Positions 46,606-55,962 of a stretch of 58,851 nt of DNA are shown in pieces. Position numbers and translations under genes: made by a program. Under the pieces are notes generated by a model, which saw only the letters and a program-made list of their open reading frames with translations, was not told where the DNA came from and searched no databases. Within the stretch, counting starts at the first letter, position 1; every line of letters starts with the position of its first letter. This stretch comes from Paracoccaceae bacterium (GTDB lineage Bacteria > Pseudomonadota > Alphaproteobacteria > Rhodobacterales > Rhodobacteraceae), in assembly GCA_013139635.1 (NCBI GenBank), contig WTAL01000163.1, positions 1-58,851 of the forward strand, given 5' to 3'.

Positions 46606-47436
46606 ATGGCGCTAAGTAAGATATCAAGGCTGCTAAAAAAGCAGCCAGACCGCAAGGTTAAGGTTTTTGGCGAGCGCAATACCGGCACCCGCGCCGTGGT
46701 GCGGATGCTGCGGGCGCATAAGGGCGTTTCTGTTGGCTTTCCAAACCCTAAAACGGCTGAGCTTGAGCATTTAGAGCGCCGCGTTCATGAAAAGCTGGAA
46801 GGCTTTGCGCTAGAGCTTTTTACTGATGCGCTGGATGATATGCGCCGCAAGCCTCTTGGCGGTCATAGTGCATGGAAACATGCTGCCCCCATAGTGGACG
46901 ATAGCTATGCGGCCAAAAACGCCTCTGTGCTGTTTTTGGTGCGGGACCCCTATAGCTGGATTGCAGCACTTTTTCGCAACCCCTACCATGCCCGCGCGCC
47001 CTTGCCTGATACGCTGGCCGGGTTTCTTGCGCAGCCATGGCTTACAGTTCAGCGCGAAAATATTGCGCCGATTCTGCTATCACCTATGGAGCTTTGGAAC
47101 CTGAAATTACGCGCGTATCGAGATTTTTCGAATGCAGCCCCTGTGCCCTCAACCGTGCTGCATTTTGAGCCGTTTGTGCTGGACCCTGTGGGGGAACTTA
47201 CCGCCGCGCTTCAGAAATTTGGGATACCTAGTAAGGGGTTGGTCGAGGCCGAAGCGCCAACCAAAAAGCTGGGCGTTAGCCGTGAAACGCGCCAAAATTA
47301 CTATAAGACCAAAGCGTGGGAGCAGGAGATTTCTGCCGAGGCGGCGCAGATGATCAATGAATGTGTAGACTGGGAGGTTGCCGCTGCATTTGGCTACCAT
47401 CGCCGCGACCCCGCTGAATTTCAGGCAAAAAGTTAG
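46606..47436 (+). CDS. sulfotransferase-like protein (tentative)
   Basis: ATG 46606 follows AAGGAG. VFGERNTGTRAV resembles a PAPS 5'-phosphosulfate-binding loop. FLVRDPYSWIAALF resembles the RDP 3'-phosphate motif. Weak, from memory. Confidence 0.45.
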   Translation: MALSKISRLLKKQPDRKVKVFGERNTGTRAVVRMLRAHKGVSVGFPNPKTAELEHLERRVHEKLEGFALELFTDALDDMRRKPLGGHSAWKHAAPIVDDSYAAKNASVLFLVRDPYSWIAALFRNPYHARAPLPDTLAGFLAQPWLTVQRENIAPILLSPMELWNLKLRAYRDFSNAAPVPSTVLHFEPFVLDPVGELTAALQKFGIPSKGLVEAEAPTKKLGVSRETRQNYYKTKAWEQEISAEAAQMINECVDWEVAAAFGYHRRDPAEFQAKS

Positions 47437-47506
47437 CCTACACCCACCGAAACAGTTGATATTCCTGAAATTTCCGTCAGTATTACGCAAACGGAGGTTT
47501 GTAATT

Positions 47507-48568
47507 ATGAAATTTGATACCCTAACACGTGCGGCCGCGGCGGCTGTTTTTAGCTTAACGCTGGCCTTGGCACCGGTGCCTATGGCGGCACAAACATCTG
47601 TGGCTGACTATACGCTTGAGCAGCTTCAGCAGGCTTCAAGATCGGGCAGTGTGGAGGCGATGTCTTACCTCGCCGATGCCTATTATGACGGAGAGAAAAC
47701 CACACGAAACTATGGGCTGGCGGCTGATTGGTATCGTAGAGCCGCTGAGCAGGGCGACACCTATAGCCAAACAAATTTGGGCTATATGTATGAAAACGGC
47801 TTCGGCGTGGCCCAAGATGATGGGCAGGCGTTTTTGTGGTATCAGCGCGGCGCGGCGGGTGGCTCTGTGGTGAGCAAAAACAACCTTGCGTTGTTTTATG
47901 AAAAAGGACGTGGCACACGGCAAAACACAAGTGAAGCCCTTCGGCTCTATCGCGAAGCTGCCGATACCGGCTATGCTTTGGCGCAGTATAACCTGGGGTA
48001 TATGCTGGCTTACGGCGAAGGTATTAGGCAAAGCTACCCAGAAGCAGCACGGTTTTTTAGGCTGGCAGCTGATCAGGGGAATGCGCAATCCCAAGCTGAG
48101 CTGGCCTATTTGTATGAACGCGGGCTAGGCTTGCCGCAGGATGATACACAGGCGTTTTATTGGAACACGCAAGCGGCCAATCAGGGCAACCGGCAAGGGC
48201 AAAACAACCTTGGGTATTTATATGAATCCGGGCGCGGCGTAGCGGCAAATTCAGCCGAGGCGGCGCGGCTGTATCTGGCATCAGCCGAGCAGGGCTATGC
48301 TTTAGCGCAATCCAATATCGGGCTTATGTATCTGGACGGAACGGGCGTGCAGCAAAGCAATGCCCAGGCTTTAAGGTGGTTTGAACGCGCCGCTGAAAAC
48401 GGAAATTCTAACGGCCAAACCAACCTTGGTTATATGTATGAAAACGGGCTAGGCGTGACGAGGAATATCAACACGGCCATGCACTATTACCAACTCGCCG
48501 CCGATCAAGGCAGCGAAACCGCGCTGAGCAATCTAAAGAAGTTGTTTAATGCGGGGCAGGGCGGCTGA
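47507..48568 (+). CDS. secreted Sel1-repeat protein (about 8 repeats)
   Basis: ATG 47507 follows GGAGG. Signal peptide ...LAPVPMAAQ. Iterated units such as AQ.NLGYMYENG.GV.QD...A..WY..AA.QG. Confidence 0.85.
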   Translation: MKFDTLTRAAAAAVFSLTLALAPVPMAAQTSVADYTLEQLQQASRSGSVEAMSYLADAYYDGEKTTRNYGLAADWYRRAAEQGDTYSQTNLGYMYENGFGVAQDDGQAFLWYQRGAAGGSVVSKNNLALFYEKGRGTRQNTSEALRLYREAADTGYALAQYNLGYMLAYGEGIRQSYPEAARFFRLAADQGNAQSQAELAYLYERGLGLPQDDTQAFYWNTQAANQGNRQGQNNLGYLYESGRGVAANSAEAARLYLASAEQGYALAQSNIGLMYLDGTGVQQSNAQALRWFERAAENGNSNGQTNLGYMYENGLGVTRNINTAMHYYQLAADQGSETALSNLKKLFNAGQGG

Positions 48569-48570
48569 GC

Positions 48571-48903
48571 TTACATCGAAAAGCTGGTGCCACAGCCGCA
48601 GCTTGAGGTGGCGTTGGGGTTCTCAATAACAAAACGCGCGCCGATTAGTTCTTGGGTGAAGTCAATGGTGGCGTCTGCAAGGAACGGCAGCGAGATCGGG
48701 TCTATCACCACTTTCTGGCCGCTGCCTTCTAGCACGAGGTCGTCAGCTTTTGGCTCACCAAGCTCGATCTCATACTGAAAGCCCGAGCAGCCGCCGCCCT
48801 CAACCGCAATGCGCAGCGCTTGTGGGGTGTCGGCGTCATCATTGATCTCAGCCAAGCGCTCAAAGGCGCGCGGGGTCACTTTGGGGGGGATGGTAAGCTG
48901 CAT
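48571..48903 (-). CDS. erpA: iron-sulfur cluster insertion protein (HesB/IscA/ErpA family)
   Basis: 110 aa. GGGCSGFQY and the C-terminal SCGCGTSF motif. Confidence 0.9.
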   Translation of the reverse strand: MQLTIPPKVTPRAFERLAEINDDADTPQALRIAVEGGGCSGFQYEIELGEPKADDLVLEGSGQKVVIDPISLPFLADATIDFTQELIGARFVIENPNATSSCGCGTSFSM

Positions 48904-48981
48904 CTGTTCAACCCTTTTAAACTGTTATAACAGTGAATGTAGGCGGGCCGTAGACCTGTTGCAAGTGCGGAGCATTGACAC

Positions 48982-50097
48982 ATGTTGGCGAAATACGCCT
49001 CAAAGCCCATCGACAGCCGTGGGCGGCAGTTAGACGAGGGCCATAGCGCCCATCGGTCTTGCTTTCAGCGAGACCGTGACCGGATCATCCATTCCACCGC
49101 CTTTCGGCGGCTCAAGCACAAAACGCAGGTGTTTGTGGAGCACGAGGGCGACCACTTTCGCACGCGGCTAACGCACTCGATAGAGGTGGCGCAGGTGGCG
49201 CGCACCATTGCGCGCACGCTGGGCTTGAATGAGGAGCTAACGGAAGCCGTGGCGCTGGCGCATGACCTTGGCCACACGCCCTTTGGCCACACGGGGGAAG
49301 ACGCGCTGGATGAGTGTATGCAGCCATACGGTGGCTTTGACCATAATGCGCAGGCGATCAGGATTGTGACCAAGCTGGAGCAGCATTACGCCGAGTTTGA
49401 CGGGCTGAACCTGACATGGGAAACGCTGGAAGGCCTAGCCAAGCATAACGGGCCAGTGGTGGGGGATATCCCCTATGCGCTTGCTGAGGCGAACGCGGCG
49501 TTTGACCTTGAGCTAGGCACTTTTGCCAGTGCCGAGGCGCAGGTGGCGGCGCTGGCCGATGATATTGCTTATAATAATCATGATCTTGACGACGGCTTGC
49601 GGGCGGGGCTTTTTAGCGTCGAAGATATTTTGCACCTGCCTATCGTGGGCCGATGTTTTGGCGAGGTGGATGCCAAATACCCCGGGCTGGACGCAGGACG
49701 GCGGCGGCACGAGGCTTTACGGCGGGTGTTTGGCGTGATGGTTGAGGATGTGTTGACGGAAAGCGCTGCGCGGCTCGCGGCTTCTGGTACTTTGAGTGCG
49801 CAGGACATTCGCATGCTGGGGCGGCCCGTGGTACAGTTCTCAGCTTCGCTTTGGGAGGAGCTGAAAGAAATACGGGCGTTTTTGTTTGGTCATATGTATC
49901 GGCATGAAACCGTGAAGGTTATGCGGGTTGAAACGGCGCAGGTGGTGCGGGAATTGTTTGCGGGCTTTATGGAAAATCCGGAGCGGTTGCCGGAGGATTG
50001 GCGGGCTTCGGGCGAGCTGGCGCAGGCACGCAAAATCTCCGATTATATTGCGGGCATGACCGACCGTTACGCCCTGCAACGACACAAAAAGTTCTAG
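48982..50097 (+). CDS. dgt: dGTP triphosphohydrolase-like HD-domain protein
   Basis: FQRDRDRIIHSTAFRRLKHKTQVF, RTRLTHSIEVAQVAR, LAHDLGHTPFGH, and C-terminal DYIAGMTDRYA. Confidence 0.9.
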   Translation: MLAKYASKPIDSRGRQLDEGHSAHRSCFQRDRDRIIHSTAFRRLKHKTQVFVEHEGDHFRTRLTHSIEVAQVARTIARTLGLNEELTEAVALAHDLGHTPFGHTGEDALDECMQPYGGFDHNAQAIRIVTKLEQHYAEFDGLNLTWETLEGLAKHNGPVVGDIPYALAEANAAFDLELGTFASAEAQVAALADDIAYNNHDLDDGLRAGLFSVEDILHLPIVGRCFGEVDAKYPGLDAGRRRHEALRRVFGVMVEDVLTESAARLAASGTLSAQDIRMLGRPVVQFSASLWEELKEIRAFLFGHMYRHETVKVMRVETAQVVRELFAGFMENPERLPEDWRASGELAQARKISDYIAGMTDRYALQRHKKF

Positions 50098-50237
50098 TGC
50101 GGCGTGGCGAGGCTGCTCTGCTTGGCGAGGCGGCACTCACGCCGCGCTGATACATTGGTGCTTTTTGCGGCCTTGCGCGCTGGCCCTTGCGGGTGCCATA
50201 TGGTATGGCGCGCCGAACCTGATGTGGAATTTATAAA

Positions 50238-51971
50238 ATGAACCTGTTTGCCGAGATAAAAACCGTAGTGCTGGAAAAGCTGGAGGCCTTGGTGGCCGCT
50301 GGCACGCTGCCCGAAGGCCTGAGCTTTGCCAATGTAACCGTTGAGCCGCCGCGCGATGCGCTGCACGGGGATTTGGCGACAAATGCGGCTATGGTTTTGG
50401 CTAAGCCTGCGAAGATGAAGCCGCGCGATATTGCCGAAGCATTGGCCGGTCTGCTGGCGGAAGATGCCCGCGTGCTGAGCGCCGATGTCGCTGGCCCTGG
50501 GTTCCTTAACCTGCGGATTGATCCGGCCATTTATCAAGGGCTCGTTGGCGACATTCTCGCCAAAGGCACAGATTTTGGCCGCTCCAATATTGGCGGCGGG
50601 CGCACGGTGAATGTTGAGTTCGTATCAACCAACCCCACCGGCCCTTTGCATGTGGGCCATACGCGCGGCGCGGTTTTTGGCGATGCGCTGGCCAGCCTGC
50701 TGGATTTTGCCGGTTACAAAGTAACCCGTGAATACGTGATTAATGATGGCGGCAGCCAAATTGACGCCTTGGCGCGCTCGATTTACTTGCGCTATCTTGA
50801 AGCCCATGGGCAGGCGGTTTCCTTTCCCGAAGGGGTTTACCCCGGTGATTATCTTATCCCGATCGGGCAGGCCCTAAAGGACAAGGTGGGCGACCGCTAT
50901 GTTGACCAGCCCGAGGCCGTGTGGCTTGAGGATATCCGGAATTATGGCACCGACGCGATGATGGATATCATCCGCGATGACCTTGCGCTGATCGGCGTGA
51001 AATTCGACCATTTCTTCTCGGAAAAATCACTTTACGGCACGGGCAAAATTGAGGCCTGCCTGCAAGCGCTTGATGATAAAGGATTGATTTACCAAGGTAA
51101 ACTTGAGCCACCCAAAGGCAAGCTGCCGGACGACTGGGAGGCGCGCGAGCAAACGCTATTCAAATCTACCGATTTTGGCGATGACGCTGACCGCCCTGTT
51201 CGGAAATCTGACGGCGCGTGGACCTATTTCGCCCCCGATATCGCCTACCACCACGATAAAATTTTGCGCGGCTTTGATGAGTTGATCAACGTATTTGGCG
51301 CTGACCATGGCGGCTATGTGAAGCGCCTAAAAGCCGTGGTTTTTGCGCTGTCTGATGGCAAGGTGCCGCTGGATATCAAGCTCTGCCAGCTGGTGCGGCT
51401 GTTTAAAGATGGCGAGCCGTTTAAAATGTCTAAACGCGCGGGCACCTTTGTGCTGATGCGCGATGTGGTGGAGCAAGTCGGGGCCGATGTAACCCGATTC
51501 GTTATGCTGACCCGCAAAAACGACGCCCCGCTTGATTTTGACTTCGCTAAAGCGCTGGAGCAAAGCAAGGATAATCCGGTATTTTATGTGCAATATGCCC
51601 ATGCGCGGGTGTGCTCGGTGCTGACCAAGGCCGATGGCCCTAGTGATTCGAGCCTGCAAAAAGCCGATACCAGCCTGCTGACCGCTCCCGCCGAAATGGC
51701 GCTGCTCAAGAAATTGGCCGAGTGGCCGCGCTTGGCAGAGCTGGCCGCCACCCATCATGAGCCGCACCGGATCGCCTTCTATCTGTTTGAATTGGCGTCC
51801 GAATTTCACGCGCTCCAGCATTTGGGCAAGGTGGATGGCAGCCTGCGCTTTATTCTGGCAGACCAGCCCGCGCTCAGCCAAGCCCGTTTGGCAATGATCC
51901 GCTCGGTGGCGGTTGTTATTTCCGCTGGTCTTGGTATCTTGGGCGTAACCCCGAAAGACGAGATGCGTTAG
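50238..51971 (+). CDS. argS: arginine--tRNA ligase
   Basis: 577 aa. VSTNPTGPLHVGH (HIGH), the FKMSKRAG region, and C-terminal anticodon-binding domain motifs. Confidence 0.96.
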   Translation: MNLFAEIKTVVLEKLEALVAAGTLPEGLSFANVTVEPPRDALHGDLATNAAMVLAKPAKMKPRDIAEALAGLLAEDARVLSADVAGPGFLNLRIDPAIYQGLVGDILAKGTDFGRSNIGGGRTVNVEFVSTNPTGPLHVGHTRGAVFGDALASLLDFAGYKVTREYVINDGGSQIDALARSIYLRYLEAHGQAVSFPEGVYPGDYLIPIGQALKDKVGDRYVDQPEAVWLEDIRNYGTDAMMDIIRDDLALIGVKFDHFFSEKSLYGTGKIEACLQALDDKGLIYQGKLEPPKGKLPDDWEAREQTLFKSTDFGDDADRPVRKSDGAWTYFAPDIAYHHDKILRGFDELINVFGADHGGYVKRLKAVVFALSDGKVPLDIKLCQLVRLFKDGEPFKMSKRAGTFVLMRDVVEQVGADVTRFVMLTRKNDAPLDFDFAKALEQSKDNPVFYVQYAHARVCSVLTKADGPSDSSLQKADTSLLTAPAEMALLKKLAEWPRLAELAATHHEPHRIAFYLFELASEFHALQHLGKVDGSLRFILADQPALSQARLAMIRSVAVVISAGLGILGVTPKDEMR

Positions 51972-52044
51972 GCGCACAGGCAGATTTAGGGGTTGGAGCA
52001 GGGGCGCACCCTATTTATAGTGTGCCTTGAGAGGCAAAAAACCG

Positions 52045-53010
52045 ATGCGTGACAAGTTAAGCGAGACCTTAAAACAAAAGCTGTGGGACGAGTATGGCGA
52101 ACAAGGGGCTGACGAGGGCAGGCCCTTGGAAAGACGTGCGCGCGCCAGAAATACTGCGGAACCCGTAGCGCAGAGCAACGGCTATATGCAATGGGTCGGC
52201 GGGTTTGTGTCTTTGGCATTGGTTATGGCTGTAATTTACTGGGTTTTTGAGCTTGGGCGGCGGGATGCCACCGAGGTGCCTGTTATTCAGGCCATGGCGG
52301 GCGAGGCGCGTGAGTTGCCAGCAAATAGCGGCGGGCCAGAGGTGGATAACCAGGGCTTGCAGGTGAACGAGGTTTTGGGCAGTGATGCCACAGCCCCCGT
52401 TGAGCCAGAAACCACCCTTGCACCGCCCCCGCAGCGCGTGGTTGTGGAAGACGTAACCCCGCCAGCCGAAACCATAGTGGTGCCACCAATCTTAGTGCCA
52501 CTTGAAAGCTTGGCTGATGCCACGCCGGAAACCCCGACCCAAGCCTCCACCCTTCCGCCCTCAATTCCGGGGGCAGACCCAAATATGCTGCGCCCCGAGC
52601 GCCGTGTGCAAGCCGCTGCTCTTTCTGATAATGCCGATATTTTGAGTGACGCGATCGCAAGTGCTATTCTGGAGGCCACCACCGGCGCCGCGCCCGCGCC
52701 CGCGCCTGCAAATACCCCTGAAGCCGCCCAAAGCCCTGCGCCCCCTGCGGCGAGTTTTACCGGGGAAAGGATGATCCAACTCGGCGCGTATGACGACGAG
52801 GAAAGCGCCAATCGTGATTACGACCTGTTACTGGAAGATAACCAAGACCTGATGGGCCAATTGGTGCGCTTTGTGGAGCGCCGCGAGGCTGGCGGACGGG
52901 TTTTTTACCGCCTGCGGGCGCGCGGTTTTACCAGCATGGATGAAGCCGCCGACATGTGCACGGCCCTTTTGGCCCGCTCAGTGCAATGCATTGCCGTGAC
53001 CGCGAGGTGA
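52045..53010 (+). CDS. SPOR-domain membrane protein
   Basis: One TM helix (FVSLALVMAVIYWVF), a Pro/Ala-rich linker and a C-terminal SPOR domain (MIQLGAYDDEESANRDY...VFYRLRARGF). Confidence 0.75.
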   Translation: MRDKLSETLKQKLWDEYGEQGADEGRPLERRARARNTAEPVAQSNGYMQWVGGFVSLALVMAVIYWVFELGRRDATEVPVIQAMAGEARELPANSGGPEVDNQGLQVNEVLGSDATAPVEPETTLAPPPQRVVVEDVTPPAETIVVPPILVPLESLADATPETPTQASTLPPSIPGADPNMLRPERRVQAAALSDNADILSDAIASAILEATTGAAPAPAPANTPEAAQSPAPPAASFTGERMIQLGAYDDEESANRDYDLLLEDNQDLMGQLVRFVERREAGGRVFYRLRARGFTSMDEAADMCTALLARSVQCIAVTAR

Positions 53011-53798
53011 GCGTGGCTGACGATTTTATGCAAGAAACCAACGACGTAAACGCCCGCCTAGCGGCCGAGGCCTTGGTGGTCGATGTTGAGGGTTTTGAAG
53101 GCCCGCTTGATGTGCTGCTCATGCTTTCGCGCACCCAAAAGGTTGACCTCCGGCAGGTGTCCATTCTGGCGCTCGCCGAGCAATACCTGATTTTTGTGGA
53201 AGAAGCCAAGCGCCTGCGCATTGAGCTGGCGGCTGATTATCTGGTTATGGCCGCGTGGCTGGCCTTCCTGAAATCGCGCCTGCTGCTGCCGCCAGACCCT
53301 AAAGACGAAGGCCCCAGCGGTGAAGAAATGGCCGCGCATCTCGCCTTTCAGCTAGAGCGCCTTGAGGCCATGCGCAAATCTGCTGCCCGCCTGATGGCGC
53401 GTGACCAACTAGGCCGCGATTTTTTCGCCCGTGGCCAAACCGAGATTTATAGCCGCAAGCGCACTGTGCGCTATGATGCCAACTTGCTTGACCTGATGCA
53501 GGCCTATGCCCGCATCAAAACCAAAGACGATTTTGAGCCGCTGCACTATAAGCGCGACGCTGTCTATACGATGGAGCAAGCGCTGGAGCGGATGAAAAAG
53601 CTGATCGGCACCGCCATGGAGTGGGGTGAGCTATCGCAATTCCTGCCCGAAAGCTGGCGGGATGACCCAAAAAAACGCCGCTCCGCCACCGCCTCCACCT
53701 TTGCCGCCGCGCTTGAGATGGTCAAAGAAGGCCGCATGGAAATTCGGCAATATGATACCTTCTCCCCTATTCAACTCCGCCAAAGAGCACCGCAATGA
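53007..53798 (+). CDS. scpA: segregation and condensation protein A
   Basis: FEGPLDVLLMLSRTQKVDLRQVSILALAEQYL and YLVMAAWLAFLKSRLLLP. The start is either GTG 53007 (GTGA overlap with the SPOR stop) or ATG 53028. Confidence 0.85.
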   Translation: MSVADDFMQETNDVNARLAAEALVVDVEGFEGPLDVLLMLSRTQKVDLRQVSILALAEQYLIFVEEAKRLRIELAADYLVMAAWLAFLKSRLLLPPDPKDEGPSGEEMAAHLAFQLERLEAMRKSAARLMARDQLGRDFFARGQTEIYSRKRTVRYDANLLDLMQAYARIKTKDDFEPLHYKRDAVYTMEQALERMKKLIGTAMEWGELSQFLPESWRDDPKKRRSATASTFAAALEMVKEGRMEIRQYDTFSPIQLRQRAPQ

Positions 53799-54421
53799 TG
53801 GAAGACGAGATCAACGACTCGCTGTTTGAGGCCCCGCCAATGGGCGAGCAAGAGCGCATGGTTGAAGCCCTGCTTTTTGCCAGCGCCGAGCCGATGAGCG
53901 TGGCTGAGATCACCTCGCGCCTGCCGCATGGCTGTGACGCCAAAGAGGCGCTTGTGCATCTTGGCAAGCGCTATGAGGGTCGCGGTGTGGCCTTGCGCCG
54001 CATCGGTGATGCTTGGGCCTTTCGCACCGCGCCCGACCTTGGTTTCCTGATGCAAAAAGAGCAGGTTGAGCATCGTAAACTGTCCCGCGCCGCCGTTGAA
54101 ACGCTGGCGATAATTGCCTATCACCAGCCCGCCACCCGCGCTGAAATCGAAGAAATTCGCGGCGTTTCCGTATCACGCGGCACCATTGATATGCTGATAG
54201 AGCTGGCGTGGGTTAAGCTTGGCCGCCGTAAAATGACCCCGGGCCGCCCGGTTACTTTTATCGTTACGCAAGTATTTCTTGACCATTTCGGGCTAGAAAC
54301 CCCCAGTGACCTCCCCGGCGTGCGCGAGCTGCGCGCCAGCGGGATGCTTGACAACCGTCCGCCGCCCGAAGCGGCACTGGAGCCGGAAAGTGATGAAGAT
54401 CAAGACGATATGTTTGAATAG
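53795..54421 (+). CDS. scpB: segregation and condensation protein B
   Basis: ATGA overlap with the scpA stop. EALLFASAEPMSVAEI, LSRAAVETLAIIAYHQPATRAEIEEIRGV and GRPVTF. Confidence 0.9.
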   Translation: MMEDEINDSLFEAPPMGEQERMVEALLFASAEPMSVAEITSRLPHGCDAKEALVHLGKRYEGRGVALRRIGDAWAFRTAPDLGFLMQKEQVEHRKLSRAAVETLAIIAYHQPATRAEIEEIRGVSVSRGTIDMLIELAWVKLGRRKMTPGRPVTFIVTQVFLDHFGLETPSDLPGVRELRASGMLDNRPPPEAALEPESDEDQDDMFE

Positions 54422-55823
54422 CCTGCGCGCCGCGCTCGCGTTTCTTTGCCTCGCCGCCCCCGCCCAAGCCGAGCGCCCCAATCTGGTGTTTCGCCTCGCG
54501 CTGGATAGCCTAAGCTATGATCAATCCGACATTGAGGGCCTGAGCGGCATGTCCCTTTTTGTAGTCAGCGAGCGTGGGTTTTATTTTGGAGAAAGCATTT
54601 ATTCTGCCGCGTTAGGGCAGGGCGGCGGCTTTTTTGTTGGGGGCGTTGAGCTTGGTAAAACCACCCCCATCGGCGAGCGGTTTTTCGTCGATGCCAGCCT
54701 GTTTATCGGTGGCGGCGGTGGGGCCGCCCAAGTGCCGGGAGACGGCCTGATGCTCCGCCCGCAAGTTCACGCAGGCATAAACCTTGGCCGCGTGCGCCTC
54801 GGGGCTGGCGTGGCCTGGACCCATGTTTCAGGCTCCGATATTTCCAGCCCCAGCTTTGGCGTCGTACTGTCTCGCCCACTTGATCTTGCGATTGTCAGCG
54901 GCGGTGGCGCAGGGGGCAACACTGAATTTTCCCAAATGCGGGTGCGCTACCGGCCCTATATTCCGCTCGGCAGCACCAAGCGAAACGGCCAGCCTTTGCA
55001 AACCATGCATATGCTTGGTGCCGAAATGATATTCGCCGAGAGCGATACGCGCGAAACCTTTATTGCCGCCAACGGTGCGGTGGCCGGAGATGCCGAGGGC
55101 TATGCCGACTGGCAACTCGGCCAGCGCTACTTGCTCGGGCAGGGGGCCTTGCGTGCCTACGGCGAGGCGGCTTTTGGCATCGGCGGCGGAGGCGCGGTGG
55201 AAAGCGGCGGCGGGCTTATTGCCAGCATTGGCGCGGGCCTGCGCTGGCAGCCCGGCAGGCTCGGGTTTGATCTGGGCGTCAGCGCGATCACCTCGCTCAC
55301 CGGTGATTTTCTGGTGGTTTCCCCAGCACTTAACATCGGCCTCGCCTTTGGTGGTGGTCAGGGCCACAGCACCGAATGGCAAATTTCCACCGGCCTCACC
55401 CAGCAATTCCCCAATGCCAATTTCCGCAAACCAACCGCACCAAATACCGGTGCGCCGCTGATGATAGACACTAAAATTGACCTTTTCCTGAGCGATAATC
55501 TCTATCTATCCGGCCAAGCCTACACCGCGCTCGCCGGTGGCGCTGGCGGTTACCAAATCGGCCTTATCGGGCTGGGATATCGCCATAGGCTCACCCCGCG
55601 CTGGTCGCTCTCAGGCGAGGCGTTTGTGGGCGCTGGCGGCGGCGCGGGGGTTGATACCAAAGGTGGGCTGCTGCTGGCTTACGGCGTTGATCTTGATTAT
55701 GCCCTCACCGAGCGTATGTATCTTACTCTGGGCGCGGGGCAAGTTATGGCCCTGCAAACCGGTGGTATGGCCCCGCTCACCGCCAATCTCGGCCTCAAAT
55801 TCCCTTTCACCACGTTGCATTAA
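54393..55823 (+). CDS. Gly-rich putative outer-membrane protein with a three-fold internal repeat
   Basis: ATG 54393 gives the signal peptide MKIKTICLNSLRAALAFLCLAAPAQA. Alternating beta-strand-like pattern. Three related units, each containing F.G.GGGA...GGL. It overlaps the scpB 3' end by 29 nt. Confidence 0.6.
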   Translation: MKIKTICLNSLRAALAFLCLAAPAQAERPNLVFRLALDSLSYDQSDIEGLSGMSLFVVSERGFYFGESIYSAALGQGGGFFVGGVELGKTTPIGERFFVDASLFIGGGGGAAQVPGDGLMLRPQVHAGINLGRVRLGAGVAWTHVSGSDISSPSFGVVLSRPLDLAIVSGGGAGGNTEFSQMRVRYRPYIPLGSTKRNGQPLQTMHMLGAEMIFAESDTRETFIAANGAVAGDAEGYADWQLGQRYLLGQGALRAYGEAAFGIGGGGAVESGGGLIASIGAGLRWQPGRLGFDLGVSAITSLTGDFLVVSPALNIGLAFGGGQGHSTEWQISTGLTQQFPNANFRKPTAPNTGAPLMIDTKIDLFLSDNLYLSGQAYTALAGGAGGYQIGLIGLGYRHRLTPRWSLSGEAFVGAGGGAGVDTKGGLLLAYGVDLDYALTERMYLTLGAGQVMALQTGGMAPLTANLGLKFPFTTLH

Positions 55824-55847
55824 TCCGGTCGGGCTTGCCCCGACATG

Positions 55848-55872
55848 CGCCGACAAGTCGGCCCGTTTTTTT
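55848..55872 (+). terminator. candidate rho-independent terminator built from a repeat half
   Basis: GCCGAC-aa-GTCGGC palindrome, followed by ccg and TTTTTTT. Confidence 0.45.
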
Positions 55873-55935
55873 GCGCAATTTTGCATACAAATTGCTGGTC
55901 ATTTTACGCGCAATTTTGCATACAAATTGCTGTCG
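55866..55935 (+). repeat. tandem 35-nt repeat x2 (module M3)
   Basis: The identical 25-nt core gcgcaattttgcatacaaattgctg occurs at 55873-55897 and 55908-55932. Each core holds the inverted repeat gcaattt/aaattgc. Confidence 0.9.
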
Positions 55936-55962
55936 AAGGGTCGCCGCGGAGGCGCACGCTAG
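55934..55962 (+). repeat. 3' half of repeat module M1
   Basis: cgaagggtcgccgcggaggcgcacgctag matches 39858-39887 with one 1-nt deletion. Its terminal ctag supplies the stop codon of the converging gene. Confidence 0.85.

Noticed and set aside
48982-50097. dGTPase as a possible anti-phage nucleotide-depletion gene
   Set aside because: It sits in the conserved housekeeping arrangement erpA-dgt-argS with host-like composition and no island features, so it is most simply the chromosomal dgt homologue.
50098-50237. Structured leader upstream of argS
   Set aside because: GCGGCGTG...CACGCCGC can pair, but it encloses a loop of about 30 nt. I recognise no riboswitch or T-box-like features.
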